Shown piece after piece: positions 9,114-17,781 of a stretch of 24,049 nucleotides of DNA. How positions within the stretch are numbered: the first letter of the stretch is position 1; every line of letters starts with the position of its first letter. Origin of the DNA: a virus (lineage: Duplodnaviria > Caudoviricetes); the IMG/VR virus record IMGVR_UViG_3300005805_000489, positions 1 to 24,049 of that record, one strand, 5' to 3'. A program made the translations under genes and the position numbers. Under the pieces are notes generated by a model that was given only the letters and a program-made list of their open reading frames with translations, made no database searches and was not told where the DNA came from.

Positions 9114-10324
9114 TGGCAACATTAAGTAATGCCGGTATTTTAACAACAGGCCTAACCTTTGCCTACGATATGGCTAATTCTAGATCATTTCTGGGGCAAC
9201 CTGCTACTAATCTCTATGGTCAAAATTTAGGTAATGTAAATGCTATAGCGAACTGGGATAAACCTACTGCAGGGACTGCTACAATAACAGACAGTGTTGC
9301 TACTTCATACGGTACTTTTAATGGCAATAGAATATGGTTGGTAACAGTCTCAGCAGGCACAGTAAACAGCTACTCTAGCTGGCGGAATTGTTTGCCTGCG
9401 GGATATGATGCTACTTATGGTACTACTAGGCGACTTAATTTTAAAGTATGTATGCTTAAAGGATCAATTAGTTCTTTATCTTCTCATAATGGAGGTGGTA
9501 ATAGTGGCTATAATGCAGCTAATTGGACCGCTATAGACCCATCCACTGTAAAAGATTGCGAACAAAAATCAGGTTGGTATCAGTTTGACGCAGATGTGTC
9601 TGGTAGTTATCCTTCTGGGCATTGTGTGGGCCTAGCAATTCTATCCGGTGATTTACAATTTTTAGTTACTGAGATGCAGGTTACAAATACTAGTTTTAGA
9701 GTTCCATTTACTCCCTTTAGTAGATCAAACACTCAAAGTATTGTCGACCTAACAGGGAATTATTCAATTACACCTACAAGTATAACATATGATAATAATA
9801 ATCAGTTTCAATTTAATGGAAGCAGCGACTATCTTAGTTTGCCTTCAGATGTTGAATTTAAATCTTCCGGCGGACACACTGTAGAAAATTGGTTTAAATT
9901 AGATGTTGTAAATGCAGGTAGTTTATACAATTTTATAGGAGCTAGCGTGATTAATTATCATAGTTGGTATTGGTGTGTCTATACAAGTAAATTGGCTATT
10001 TGGAATGTTAGTCCAGGTGCATGGTATTTTGGAAGCACTACAATACAACCCAACACCTGGTATCAAGCAGTAATGGTCACAAACGCCGCAGGTACAGGAA
10101 TACAATTTTATTTAAATGGTGTTGCAGAAAGCGGCACTCATGCTAGCTATGCATTTAACCCAAGCTACAGCGGATTGAAAGTTGGCTTCGTGGGTAGAGG
10201 CGATTCAACTAATGCAAGATACTTCGATGGACTCTTACCAATTACTAGAATATATAATAGAGCATTGTCCGCCGCAGAAGTAAAACAGAATTTTAATGCA
10301 AATCGTGGAAGGTATGGTATATAA
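9113..10324 (+). CDS. LamG/ConA-like protein with inserted beta-rich (CBM-like) domain, member 5 (403 aa)
   Basis: YDMANSRSF then a ~180-aa insert, then SIVDLTG, TVENWFK, NTWYQAV, FYLNG, RIYNRALSAAEVKQNFNANRGRYGI. Confidence 0.8.
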   Translation: MATLSNAGILTTGLTFAYDMANSRSFLGQPATNLYGQNLGNVNAIANWDKPTAGTATITDSVATSYGTFNGNRIWLVTVSAGTVNSYSSWRNCLPAGYDATYGTTRRLNFKVCMLKGSISSLSSHNGGGNSGYNAANWTAIDPSTVKDCEQKSGWYQFDADVSGSYPSGHCVGLAILSGDLQFLVTEMQVTNTSFRVPFTPFSRSNTQSIVDLTGNYSITPTSITYDNNNQFQFNGSSDYLSLPSDVEFKSSGGHTVENWFKLDVVNAGSLYNFIGASVINYHSWYWCVYTSKLAIWNVSPGAWYFGSTTIQPNTWYQAVMVTNAAGTGIQFYLNGVAESGTHASYAFNPSYSGLKVGFVGRGDSTNARYFDGLLPITRIYNRALSAAEVKQNFNANRGRYGI

Positions 10325-11709
10325 TGGGAATTTCAGTAGGACCTAACCTAGCAGGAGCAAATAACCTAACTTGGTTAATTGATACAGGTAATGCTAAAGT
10401 ATCTAAAGGACAGCGATCAATTATAAATTGGAATAATTGGGTCGCAGGATCTGGTGGTGTTACAGGTTATAATCAAAACGGACAAACCGCAGAAAATGAA
10501 AGAATAAGCACTACTGATCCATGGGGTAACACAAGAATAATATGGGAAGCTAGACCTTTAGCTCAAACCAATGATGATGGTGGTTGGAACACCGATTGGT
10601 TTAACATAGATAATACTAAATTGTACAGATATACTGTTTGGGTAAGACGTACAAGTTCAACTTCAGGCGGCACATTTTACTTGGGTATGTATGCCAATGG
10701 CGATGGCAGTCGCCGTATGGATAATAGTGCTGTTGAAGGAAATGCCTACTGGGAATGTGTAGGTACCGGGGCATTAACTCAAAATCAATGGTACCTTTGG
10801 GTAGGTCATGTCTACCCGTATGATACAACTTCTACAGCTCGACATCCTGACACAGGTTATTACACAACTTCCTCTGGCCGTATAGCTAGTGTAGGAGGTT
10901 GTAATATAGGATCGGGCGATCTTAAATGGAGTTCTAATTCTACACAGGGAATACATAGAACATACTTATATTATTGTGCGGATAGCACTACTAGATTACA
11001 ATTTTATCAACCTAGAGTTGACCTTATAGACGGTACTGAACCTAGCATTCAGGATTTATTAAACAATGCAGGCAATACACTTTATGATGCAAGCGATACA
11101 AAACTAAATTGTTCATCCAGTACACCAACATATGTCTCAACCACAGCATTAACTTCTGGTGCAAGTGGTGGTTGGTCTACTGCAAGCACCAGCATACTTA
11201 ACAATGATGTACACACTGTTTTATATTGGTTTAGACTAAACACAACTTCTGCATATGGTGCTAATGGTTATAGCGGAAGTTGGGACCAAATCTTTAGATC
11301 AGCAAACGGTGGCAGTGACCGTAGCCCCGGAGTATGGAGATATCCTAGCGAACGTAAATTACATTGGAGATATGATCCAGGCAATTCAGATGCAGATTTT
11401 AGCACTGATACTACAGGTACTTATGCTGTAGGAGGTACCCCGTTCGCTATAGATACATGGTATTATGTAGGAGTAAGCAAAAATGGTGCCACTGCTACTG
11501 TATATGTAAATGGTGTTAAGTTAGGAACAAGGTCTGTAAGTAACCCTAAAACCAGCGGTAATGCAGCTATTTTATTACTACCTGATAATTCAGGAATACA
11601 CCCTGTTGGGCTTTGTTCACTGGGTCCTGTCCAAGTTTATAATAAAGTATTATCAGATGCAGAAGTCATGCAAAACTTTCAAGCTAATAGATCAAGGTTT
11701 GGTATATAA
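10324..11709 (+). CDS. LamG/ConA-like protein with inserted Trp-rich domain, member 6 (461 aa)
   Basis: IDTGNAK then a ~220-aa insert (DPWG..WEARP..DDGGWN..KLYRYTVWVRR), then TWYYVGVS, VYVNG, VYNKVLSDAEVMQNFQANRSRFGI. Confidence 0.8.
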   Translation: MGISVGPNLAGANNLTWLIDTGNAKVSKGQRSIINWNNWVAGSGGVTGYNQNGQTAENERISTTDPWGNTRIIWEARPLAQTNDDGGWNTDWFNIDNTKLYRYTVWVRRTSSTSGGTFYLGMYANGDGSRRMDNSAVEGNAYWECVGTGALTQNQWYLWVGHVYPYDTTSTARHPDTGYYTTSSGRIASVGGCNIGSGDLKWSSNSTQGIHRTYLYYCADSTTRLQFYQPRVDLIDGTEPSIQDLLNNAGNTLYDASDTKLNCSSSTPTYVSTTALTSGASGGWSTASTSILNNDVHTVLYWFRLNTTSAYGANGYSGSWDQIFRSANGGSDRSPGVWRYPSERKLHWRYDPGNSDADFSTDTTGTYAVGGTPFAIDTWYYVGVSKNGATATVYVNGVKLGTRSVSNPKTSGNAAILLLPDNSGIHPVGLCSLGPVQVYNKVLSDAEVMQNFQANRSRFGI

Positions 11710-12461
11710 TGGCAATTGTTTATGGTAGATACATACCTAGAAATGGACTAGTGTGCCATCTAGATCCGGGTAATCCTTCCTCTTATCCAGGATCTGGTAG
11801 TACTATTAAAGACTTAACTGGTCTTACAGGTGATACATCTATATCTGGGTTAACCAGTTACGATTCTACTAATAGATTATTAGTTGGTACAGGTAATTTG
11901 TACCTAACCATTCCATATAGTACTTGGATGAATCATGTATTTGAATCGTTAACAGGCAGTTGGTCAATAATTCAATGGACTAGAACAGATGATGTTAGCT
12001 ATCCTAGAGCTGCTGACGGAGGCTATGTTAATGTTGGTTATGGTTCAACAACTACCAGAGGTTTTGATTGGAATCACGGCGTAGGTAATTTAAGCACAAT
12101 TAGATTTGCAGGCAGTGCAGGCACTGATGTTAATGCTGCTTCTTCTGGATATGATTTTGACCAAACTTTAAACCTTTCTACTGTTGTTGGTTTGTCAACT
12201 GTACATTGTAGAGCTTTATGGTGGGATAGAAATACTAATACGTGTGGAGCTTATATTAACGGTGTAGATAACGGCTCAGTCAGCATGAGTGCAGTGTCTG
12301 GTTTTAGAATTTTTGATAACGGCAGTATAGTATTAGGCACATTATATGGATGGTTGCACATAGGACGTAAAGGCACAGTGTTAATTTATAACAGAAAGTT
12401 GACTGCTGATGAGTATTATCAGATCTATATAAGTCAACGACCTTATCACGGAGCTCCATAA
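11709..12461 (+). CDS. Divergent LamG/ConA-like protein, member 7 (250 aa)
   Basis: LDPGNPSSYPGSGSTIKDLTG, AYING, IYNRKLTADEYYQIY; the C-terminus differs from the others (RPYHGAP). Confidence 0.75.
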   Translation: MAIVYGRYIPRNGLVCHLDPGNPSSYPGSGSTIKDLTGLTGDTSISGLTSYDSTNRLLVGTGNLYLTIPYSTWMNHVFESLTGSWSIIQWTRTDDVSYPRAADGGYVNVGYGSTTTRGFDWNHGVGNLSTIRFAGSAGTDVNAASSGYDFDQTLNLSTVVGLSTVHCRALWWDRNTNTCGAYINGVDNGSVSMSAVSGFRIFDNGSIVLGTLYGWLHIGRKGTVLIYNRKLTADEYYQIYISQRPYHGAP

Positions 12462-12462
12462 C

Positions 12463-13686
12463 ATGGCATTTCACAATAATATAAATGCTGTTACTTCTGG
12501 ATTAATCTGTGGCTATGACATGTATAATCAAAAGTCATTTCGTGGACAAAGCACAACTAATCTTAATAGGCAAGAATCAAATTATACTGGTACACAATTC
12601 TTTTCCGATGATGAATGGACCTCAGATCCTAGTAGATTAAGTAGAACATATTTTGCTAATGTTCCTACTCCTATAGGGTTAGGGGCTACTAGAATCACAG
12701 AAAGTGGTACTAATGGATATCATCATCTAAGTAGAATGGGCGGAGGCGGCACAGGAAATTTTTCTATTAGTTGTTATGTATATCCGCTAGCAAGTATAAC
12801 AAATTTTACAATTGGCATGTTAGGTGATGGTGGCAACGGTTATACTGTTTATAACTTAGATACCGTTTCGGTAACTTCAACGTCTGGATCTAGTGCATTT
12901 ATAGAACGTGTAGCAGGGTGGAATGGTTGGTTAAGATTAGGTGTTACAATACCAGGTCGTACAGGTGGATGGGTAGGAGCTATTGGCTATGCTATCTCTG
13001 GTGCATATACTGGTACATCTGGTGCTAAGCCTTGTTATATAACAGGAGTGCAATACGAAACAACATCAGTGCCATCGCCTTATATAGGGGTGGGGCAGAC
13101 TAGATCTAGTACACAATCAATATTGGACCTTGCTGCCGCAAATACAATTACACCTACTAGTCTAACTTACCTTACAAACAGTACATTTAGTTTTAACGGC
13201 AGTAGCAATTCTTTACATTTTGGCAATATCTCTAGTAACTTTACTGCTGACCTTACTGTTGAAACAATTATAAGGTTAAATGCAGGACCTGGTGATTGGG
13301 TAAGAATTGTTGGCACAGGCGGCAACAGCGGTAACAGAACATTTGGGCTTTGGTACAGTACAAGTAGGACACTGTTATGGCAAAGGTACGGTGCAGGGGA
13401 TCCTAGTATTCAGCCAGCAAATGTACTGGCTACAGGTACTTGGTATCATGTTGTAGCAACAACATCTGGTTCTAATCATACAATATATTTAAACGGTATA
13501 AGTATTGGCACAGGCAGTGGTGCCGGGCCATGGGCTGCATCTGGCGAAAATATTACTGTAGGCTTTGCAGGATTTCACACTTATTTGAATGGATTTGTAC
13601 CATTAGTTCGTTTATATAATAGAGCATTATCAGCAGCTGAAATTCAACAGAATTTTAATAGTCTTAGAGGAAGGTATAGTTTATAA
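12463..13686 (+). CDS. LamG/ConA-like protein with inserted CBM-like domain, member 8 (407 aa)
   Basis: YDMYNQKSF then a ~190-aa insert (FSISCYV, GWLRL, ITGVQYE..PSPY), then TWYHVVAT, IYLNG, RLYNRALSAAEIQQNFNSLRGRYSL; GGAG at 12450-12453 upstream. Confidence 0.8.
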   Translation: MAFHNNINAVTSGLICGYDMYNQKSFRGQSTTNLNRQESNYTGTQFFSDDEWTSDPSRLSRTYFANVPTPIGLGATRITESGTNGYHHLSRMGGGGTGNFSISCYVYPLASITNFTIGMLGDGGNGYTVYNLDTVSVTSTSGSSAFIERVAGWNGWLRLGVTIPGRTGGWVGAIGYAISGAYTGTSGAKPCYITGVQYETTSVPSPYIGVGQTRSSTQSILDLAAANTITPTSLTYLTNSTFSFNGSSNSLHFGNISSNFTADLTVETIIRLNAGPGDWVRIVGTGGNSGNRTFGLWYSTSRTLLWQRYGAGDPSIQPANVLATGTWYHVVATTSGSNHTIYLNGISIGTGSGAGPWAASGENITVGFAGFHTYLNGFVPLVRLYNRALSAAEIQQNFNSLRGRYSL

Positions 13687-14762
13687 TGGGAACATACGGC
13701 GGACCTAATGTACCTAGTAGCGGACTTGTTACATGTCTTGATGCAGCTAATAGAAAATCTATGGCAGGGGTAGGAGCAGATAGAATAGGATATGCTGTAC
13801 CTTCATTTAACAACTGGAACGGTTTGGTAGGGACATCTACTGCTTATACTGGCCGTAACGATACGCCAGGTGTCTATCTAAAAATTACCGCAAACAATGG
13901 TGGTGGCGTAAACTGGTGGAATAGTTCGTATGGTGGGTTAAGTTGTTCAGCAAGCACACAATACACTATTACAGGACTAGTAAAATACACTGCTACGCCA
14001 CATCCAAATTTATTTTATGTACGACAATATAACTCAGGTGGAAGCCAAACATCCGAGTCTGGAAAGTACAGTTCTGCTAATCAAATAGATGTTGGTAATG
14101 GCTTTTACCTAACGTGGGCAACTTTCACTACTGATTCTACAGCAGCATCATTTCTTGTACAAGGGTATGATTATCAAAATGTTGAAATATGGTTAGAAGA
14201 TGTGCAGTGTAAACTTGGCGGCTTAGGGGACGTAAGTCAAAACCGTAACAACGGTTCGTTAACTGGTGCTATGACATTTTCATCAACTAACGGCGGAAAA
14301 ATTCAGTTTACGGGTGACAACTTTATAACTACTGGTTTAAATTTATCCTCGGGGGCATATACGGTAATTGCAGCAGCAAGATATACTTCTATATCTGGTA
14401 GAATTATTACAGCATCATCAGCTAACAATAACTGGCTTATGGGACATTGGTCCAATACAACGGAAAATCATTATGCAGAAGGATGGGTTTCTAATGTTAG
14501 CAGCGGAGCAAGTGACACAAATTGGCGAATATACGCAGCATCCGGTAATACAAGTACAGATTCTTGGCAAATGTATGTAAACGGTATACTAACTTTTTCT
14601 AATGCTAATGGATCTCAAGGTCCAAACAATCTTGGAATAAATTGTTGGAGTGGGGAACGTAGCACAGGAGAAGTTGGATTCTTGTTAGCTTATAATCGAG
14701 TACTATCTGCCGACGAAATTAAACAAGCGTTTTACAGCTGGCGTAGCCGTTTTGGGTTATAG
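13686..14762 (+). CDS. LamG/ConA-like protein with inserted CBM-like domain, member 9 (358 aa)
   Basis: LDAANRKS then a ~150-aa insert (STQYTITGLVK, WATFTT, IWLEDVQ), then MYVNG, AYNRVLSADEIKQAFYSWRSRFGL. Confidence 0.8.
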   Translation: MGTYGGPNVPSSGLVTCLDAANRKSMAGVGADRIGYAVPSFNNWNGLVGTSTAYTGRNDTPGVYLKITANNGGGVNWWNSSYGGLSCSASTQYTITGLVKYTATPHPNLFYVRQYNSGGSQTSESGKYSSANQIDVGNGFYLTWATFTTDSTAASFLVQGYDYQNVEIWLEDVQCKLGGLGDVSQNRNNGSLTGAMTFSSTNGGKIQFTGDNFITTGLNLSSGAYTVIAAARYTSISGRIITASSANNNWLMGHWSNTTENHYAEGWVSNVSSGASDTNWRIYAASGNTSTDSWQMYVNGILTFSNANGSQGPNNLGINCWSGERSTGEVGFLLAYNRVLSADEIKQAFYSWRSRFGL

Positions 14763-14790
14763 TAAAGAGGCAAAAACACACTCGGGTACG

Positions 14791-15210
14791 TTAATCAATT
14801 AATTTGTAAAGAGTATCTAACTTAGCTTGATTAATTTTATTATTTAAACTAGACTTTAACCCGGGATGTAATGGCTTAGGCCATCTACTGTAGTCTACCC
14901 ATGCATAACCATAATGTTCAACGCTTAGTCTAGGTATAAATTCTTCGCTGACTATGCAGATAAATGTGCTATATTCAAAACGGTCGTCACCACTTTTATA
15001 TCTTTCAAGCGGGATTGTTTTTTCAATCTGTATAGCAGTACCAATTTCTTCTTGAATCTCACGTATCAGACCCTGATATGTTGATTCGCCGTGTTCGTGT
15101 GTGCCGCCGACTAGCACCCAACAGTTTTCAAACTTGCCATCTGCCTTTTGTAAAAATAAAAACCTTTTTGTTTGACGAGCAAAAAACATTGCCCCAGAAC
15201 ATATAATCAT
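14791..15210 (-). CDS. Nudix hydrolase
   Basis: Complete Nudix box G-THEHG-E-STYQGLI-RE-IQ-EE-IG (GX5EX7REUXEEXG), plus EHYGYAWV and LHPG; ATGA overlap with the upstream gene. Confidence 0.92.
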   Translation of the reverse strand: MIICSGAMFFARQTKRFLFLQKADGKFENCWVLVGGTHEHGESTYQGLIREIQEEIGTAIQIEKTIPLERYKSGDDRFEYSTFICIVSEEFIPRLSVEHYGYAWVDYSRWPKPLHPGLKSSLNNKINQAKLDTLYKLID

Positions 15211-16610
15211 AGAACCAGTCGCCAGTATCCTTGACGATATACACCTTCAAAGGCCTTGACCCATTGAGTACCAGTCCACTTGTATTGTATACCTGTATAG
15301 TTGTTTGTTTGATAGATTAGATCTTCCACAGTACTAGCATCAAATACTATCTGCCATGCTGTTCCATTCCATTCTATAATGTCGTTAACACTGGCAGTAA
15401 AGTCTGAGTTGTCAGTATTCTTCCATGCTTCTGGACCGTCAGTGTTAGCAGGATCGCCTATGTCGTCAATTATCAAGTAGCGTATACCGGCACTTGCTGT
15501 TGATGGGTTGTATGTTATAGGATTGATTATAGCATCAAAATTTCCACGGCCAGCAGGTAGGTAAGCACTGGTCAAAACAGTATCTGTGTGAAAACTATCA
15601 GGATCCCAGTTCACTGTTAATATGCTAGCATCAGTTGGATGAGCAGCAAGAGTACCAACTACTTCTGTGCTATCTTCCTGTTGTAGGTATACTTTACTTA
15701 GACCGGCTCTAAATTTGCCAGGATATTGATCAAGCACAAGACGCCAATCTAAATCTTGTCCTAATTTTTGTGCATGACTCAAGAACGGATCACTTACGGG
15801 TTCATTTTCAAGCAGAATCTTAATTTGATTTTCATAGACTAAAATACCAAAGCCACTGATGCTTACTCGTTCGTCTAAGTCTTTGTTGGAAGGATAGTAT
15901 ATGGTATTACCAAAGTCATCAACACCTTGAATTGTGCCTGCATCTTCATTATAGATATTCATTATGATGTTAGTAATGATACCAAGTTTTTTAACTTTAG
16001 CAGGCGGGCTAATATATATTGGTGTTTCAAAAGTTAGCGTACCTATGTCTATTTCAGATTCGCCCCCGACAGGAATATTTCTGCTGCTGAATATCATGTC
16101 TGTAAGCTCTACTCTAGTTAAACTAGTCCAGTCAATATAGTTGTCGGTGGTCTGTAGTTCTAAGCTAGGATTAAACAGAACTAATAGTTGTTCTAGTATC
16201 TGAAGTTTTTGATCTGTGTTACTGGCCCATATGTCTGCTTTTAGAGTCATATTATATGGCGTAGGCATTAACCTTTCTACAGTGTATTGGCCGCCTTGTG
16301 TAGTACCATACTCGCCAGTAACTGGATCATAATCACGTTCTCTAATATTAACCTTACTTACGTAGGTAGCGTCACTTAGTCTGTTACGATCTAATTGTAG
16401 GTCAGTAATGTAAACACTTATCCTAGGAACACTTGGTAACTTGTTGGTGCTATTTTCTTTTATGATACTAGCTACCTGTCTTGTCATATCACCATACATA
16501 ACAGGTATAACTTTTTCTGTACCGTCAAGTGTGCGGAACTTAAACCCGCTTAACATGCGGATAATTTGACTTACATAACGACGTATTTGACCGTCATAGA
16601 AAAAATCCAT
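15207..16610 (-). CDS. Tail terminator / tail completion protein, T4 gp15-like, with C-terminal extension
   Basis: N-terminal FFYDGQIRRY...IPVMYG...PRISV...MPTPY...QILEQLLVLFNP pattern of gp15-like proteins; lies next to neck genes. Confidence 0.7.
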   Translation of the reverse strand: MDFFYDGQIRRYVSQIIRMLSGFKFRTLDGTEKVIPVMYGDMTRQVASIIKENSTNKLPSVPRISVYITDLQLDRNRLSDATYVSKVNIRERDYDPVTGEYGTTQGGQYTVERLMPTPYNMTLKADIWASNTDQKLQILEQLLVLFNPSLELQTTDNYIDWTSLTRVELTDMIFSSRNIPVGGESEIDIGTLTFETPIYISPPAKVKKLGIITNIIMNIYNEDAGTIQGVDDFGNTIYYPSNKDLDERVSISGFGILVYENQIKILLENEPVSDPFLSHAQKLGQDLDWRLVLDQYPGKFRAGLSKVYLQQEDSTEVVGTLAAHPTDASILTVNWDPDSFHTDTVLTSAYLPAGRGNFDAIINPITYNPSTASAGIRYLIIDDIGDPANTDGPEAWKNTDNSDFTASVNDIIEWNGTAWQIVFDASTVEDLIYQTNNYTGIQYKWTGTQWVKAFEGVYRQGYWRLVL

Positions 16611-17740
16611 TATAAATCTGCCTTAGGTTTAAGAGCTTGAGACAAGCTTTGACGTTCTTCAACAACCTGGCCATTAATAACTGCTGAATTCGTATTGTTA
16701 ATGAAGCTGGTTTTTTGACGCTGTCTAAGATCTGTGTTACTAATATCATGTCGAACAGCATCTTCTTGTTTAACCCATCTTGACCCACTGTATCTAAACA
16801 ATCTATTTGGTAGGAAATCCACTCTTAGGAAAAAATCACCTTGTTCAGCATTAGTTGGAAATGTAGTCCCAAAGCCAAAAGGTGCTCCGTTTGGAGGTAT
16901 ACCATCACCTATAAGGTAGCCATCATATCCATCACGTACAGGTGTTTCGTAATCACTAGGACTAGTACTAGGATCTACTACAGCATTTTTAAGATTAGGA
17001 CGCCCCTTACTGTCTACACCTAGAGTATAAAATTGTCGTGTTTCAAAGCCGCTTTTTGGCACATCTAGCTCTGCCTGTTGTACCACAGCAGTATTAATTT
17101 CTAATTCTTTCTCATAGGTGCTGACAATGTCACGCATTGGTGTGTCTTCATCTTCACTGGCAGGTAGGTCTAAAATATCTTTAAATTCTTGACTGTCAGT
17201 AATTGGTTTTAGTTTTACACGGTAAAGATGTGGATACCATGTAGCACTAAATCCCTCACTGGCCTTGGTAATTTCTTCAACAACATAGAATCTTTTTAGT
17301 GCTACGCTGTAATCATTAAGAGCATAATAATCTTTTAGATGAGGAAGTTCAAACACATCCCCAGAAATAACTTTACGTCCTAAAATTTCAACAGAATTAT
17401 TCATATGAATTGTCATAAACAGGGTATCGTTTTGTAAGAACAATCCAAATTGACTTAGATTAAAGTCTGTATCCTGCACATTATAGATACCACGCATTAC
17501 ATAGATATCTTTGTCGTATTTTCTATCTCTATTTTCTAGAAATAAAAGGTCCTGAATATTCAGCGGATTTACACCGCCATAATTCGGCTGTTCTGCTGTA
17601 CCTTCTTCTGGAGAATAGGTTCCAAGATATTTGTGTACATTGATATCTGTACCACCAACCTGAAACATTTCATAGATTGTGCGATCTATAAATTTATAGT
17701 CATTTCCACGTTCGGGTTTGTATAGGCTTAGTCTGGGCAT
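16610..17740 (-). CDS. Neck / head completion protein, T4 gp14-like (start revised to 17740, MPRLSL...)
   Basis: DLLFLEN...LSQFGLFLQNDTLFMTIH...GDVFELP pattern. The track's start at 17788 overlaps the divergent gene and the promoters, whereas ATG 17740 follows a TATAAATA box. TAATG overlap with the next gene. Confidence 0.65.
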   Translation of the reverse strand: MPRLSLYKPERGNDYKFIDRTIYEMFQVGGTDINVHKYLGTYSPEEGTAEQPNYGGVNPLNIQDLLFLENRDRKYDKDIYVMRGIYNVQDTDFNLSQFGLFLQNDTLFMTIHMNNSVEILGRKVISGDVFELPHLKDYYALNDYSVALKRFYVVEEITKASEGFSATWYPHLYRVKLKPITDSQEFKDILDLPASEDEDTPMRDIVSTYEKELEINTAVVQQAELDVPKSGFETRQFYTLGVDSKGRPNLKNAVVDPSTSPSDYETPVRDGYDGYLIGDGIPPNGAPFGFGTTFPTNAEQGDFFLRVDFLPNRLFRYSGSRWVKQEDAVRHDISNTDLRQRQKTSFINNTNSAVINGQVVEERQSLSQALKPKADL

Positions 17741-17747
17741 TATACAG

Positions 17748-17755
17748 TATTTATA
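17748..17755 (-). promoter_or_regulatory. T4-type late promoter TATAAATA for the gp14-gp15-Nudix operon
   Basis: Exact match to the T4 gp55 late consensus on the minus strand, 7 nt before ATG 17740. Confidence 0.7.
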
Positions 17756-17757
17756 GT

Positions 17758-17765
17758 GATAAATA
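17758..17765 (+). promoter_or_regulatory. Late promoter variant GATAAATA for the gp13-like gene
   Basis: 7/8 match to TATAAATA, followed by SD GGAG (17772-17775) and ATG 17782. Confidence 0.6.
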
Positions 17766-17781
17766 CTCTGCGGAGTCAAAG

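Noticed and set aside
7063-13688. TATAAT hexamer at all seven lectin TAATG junctions as sigma70 -10 boxes
   Set aside because: It arises from an NTA last codon plus TAATG, overlaps the start codon so could not serve that gene, and has no consistent -35.
6363-14762. DGR or shufflon explanation for lectin diversity
   Set aside because: No reverse transcriptase, no template/variable repeat pair with adenine-specific mismatches, no recombinase and no inverted cassettes; all members are complete co-directional genes. Such elements elsewhere in the genome cannot be excluded.
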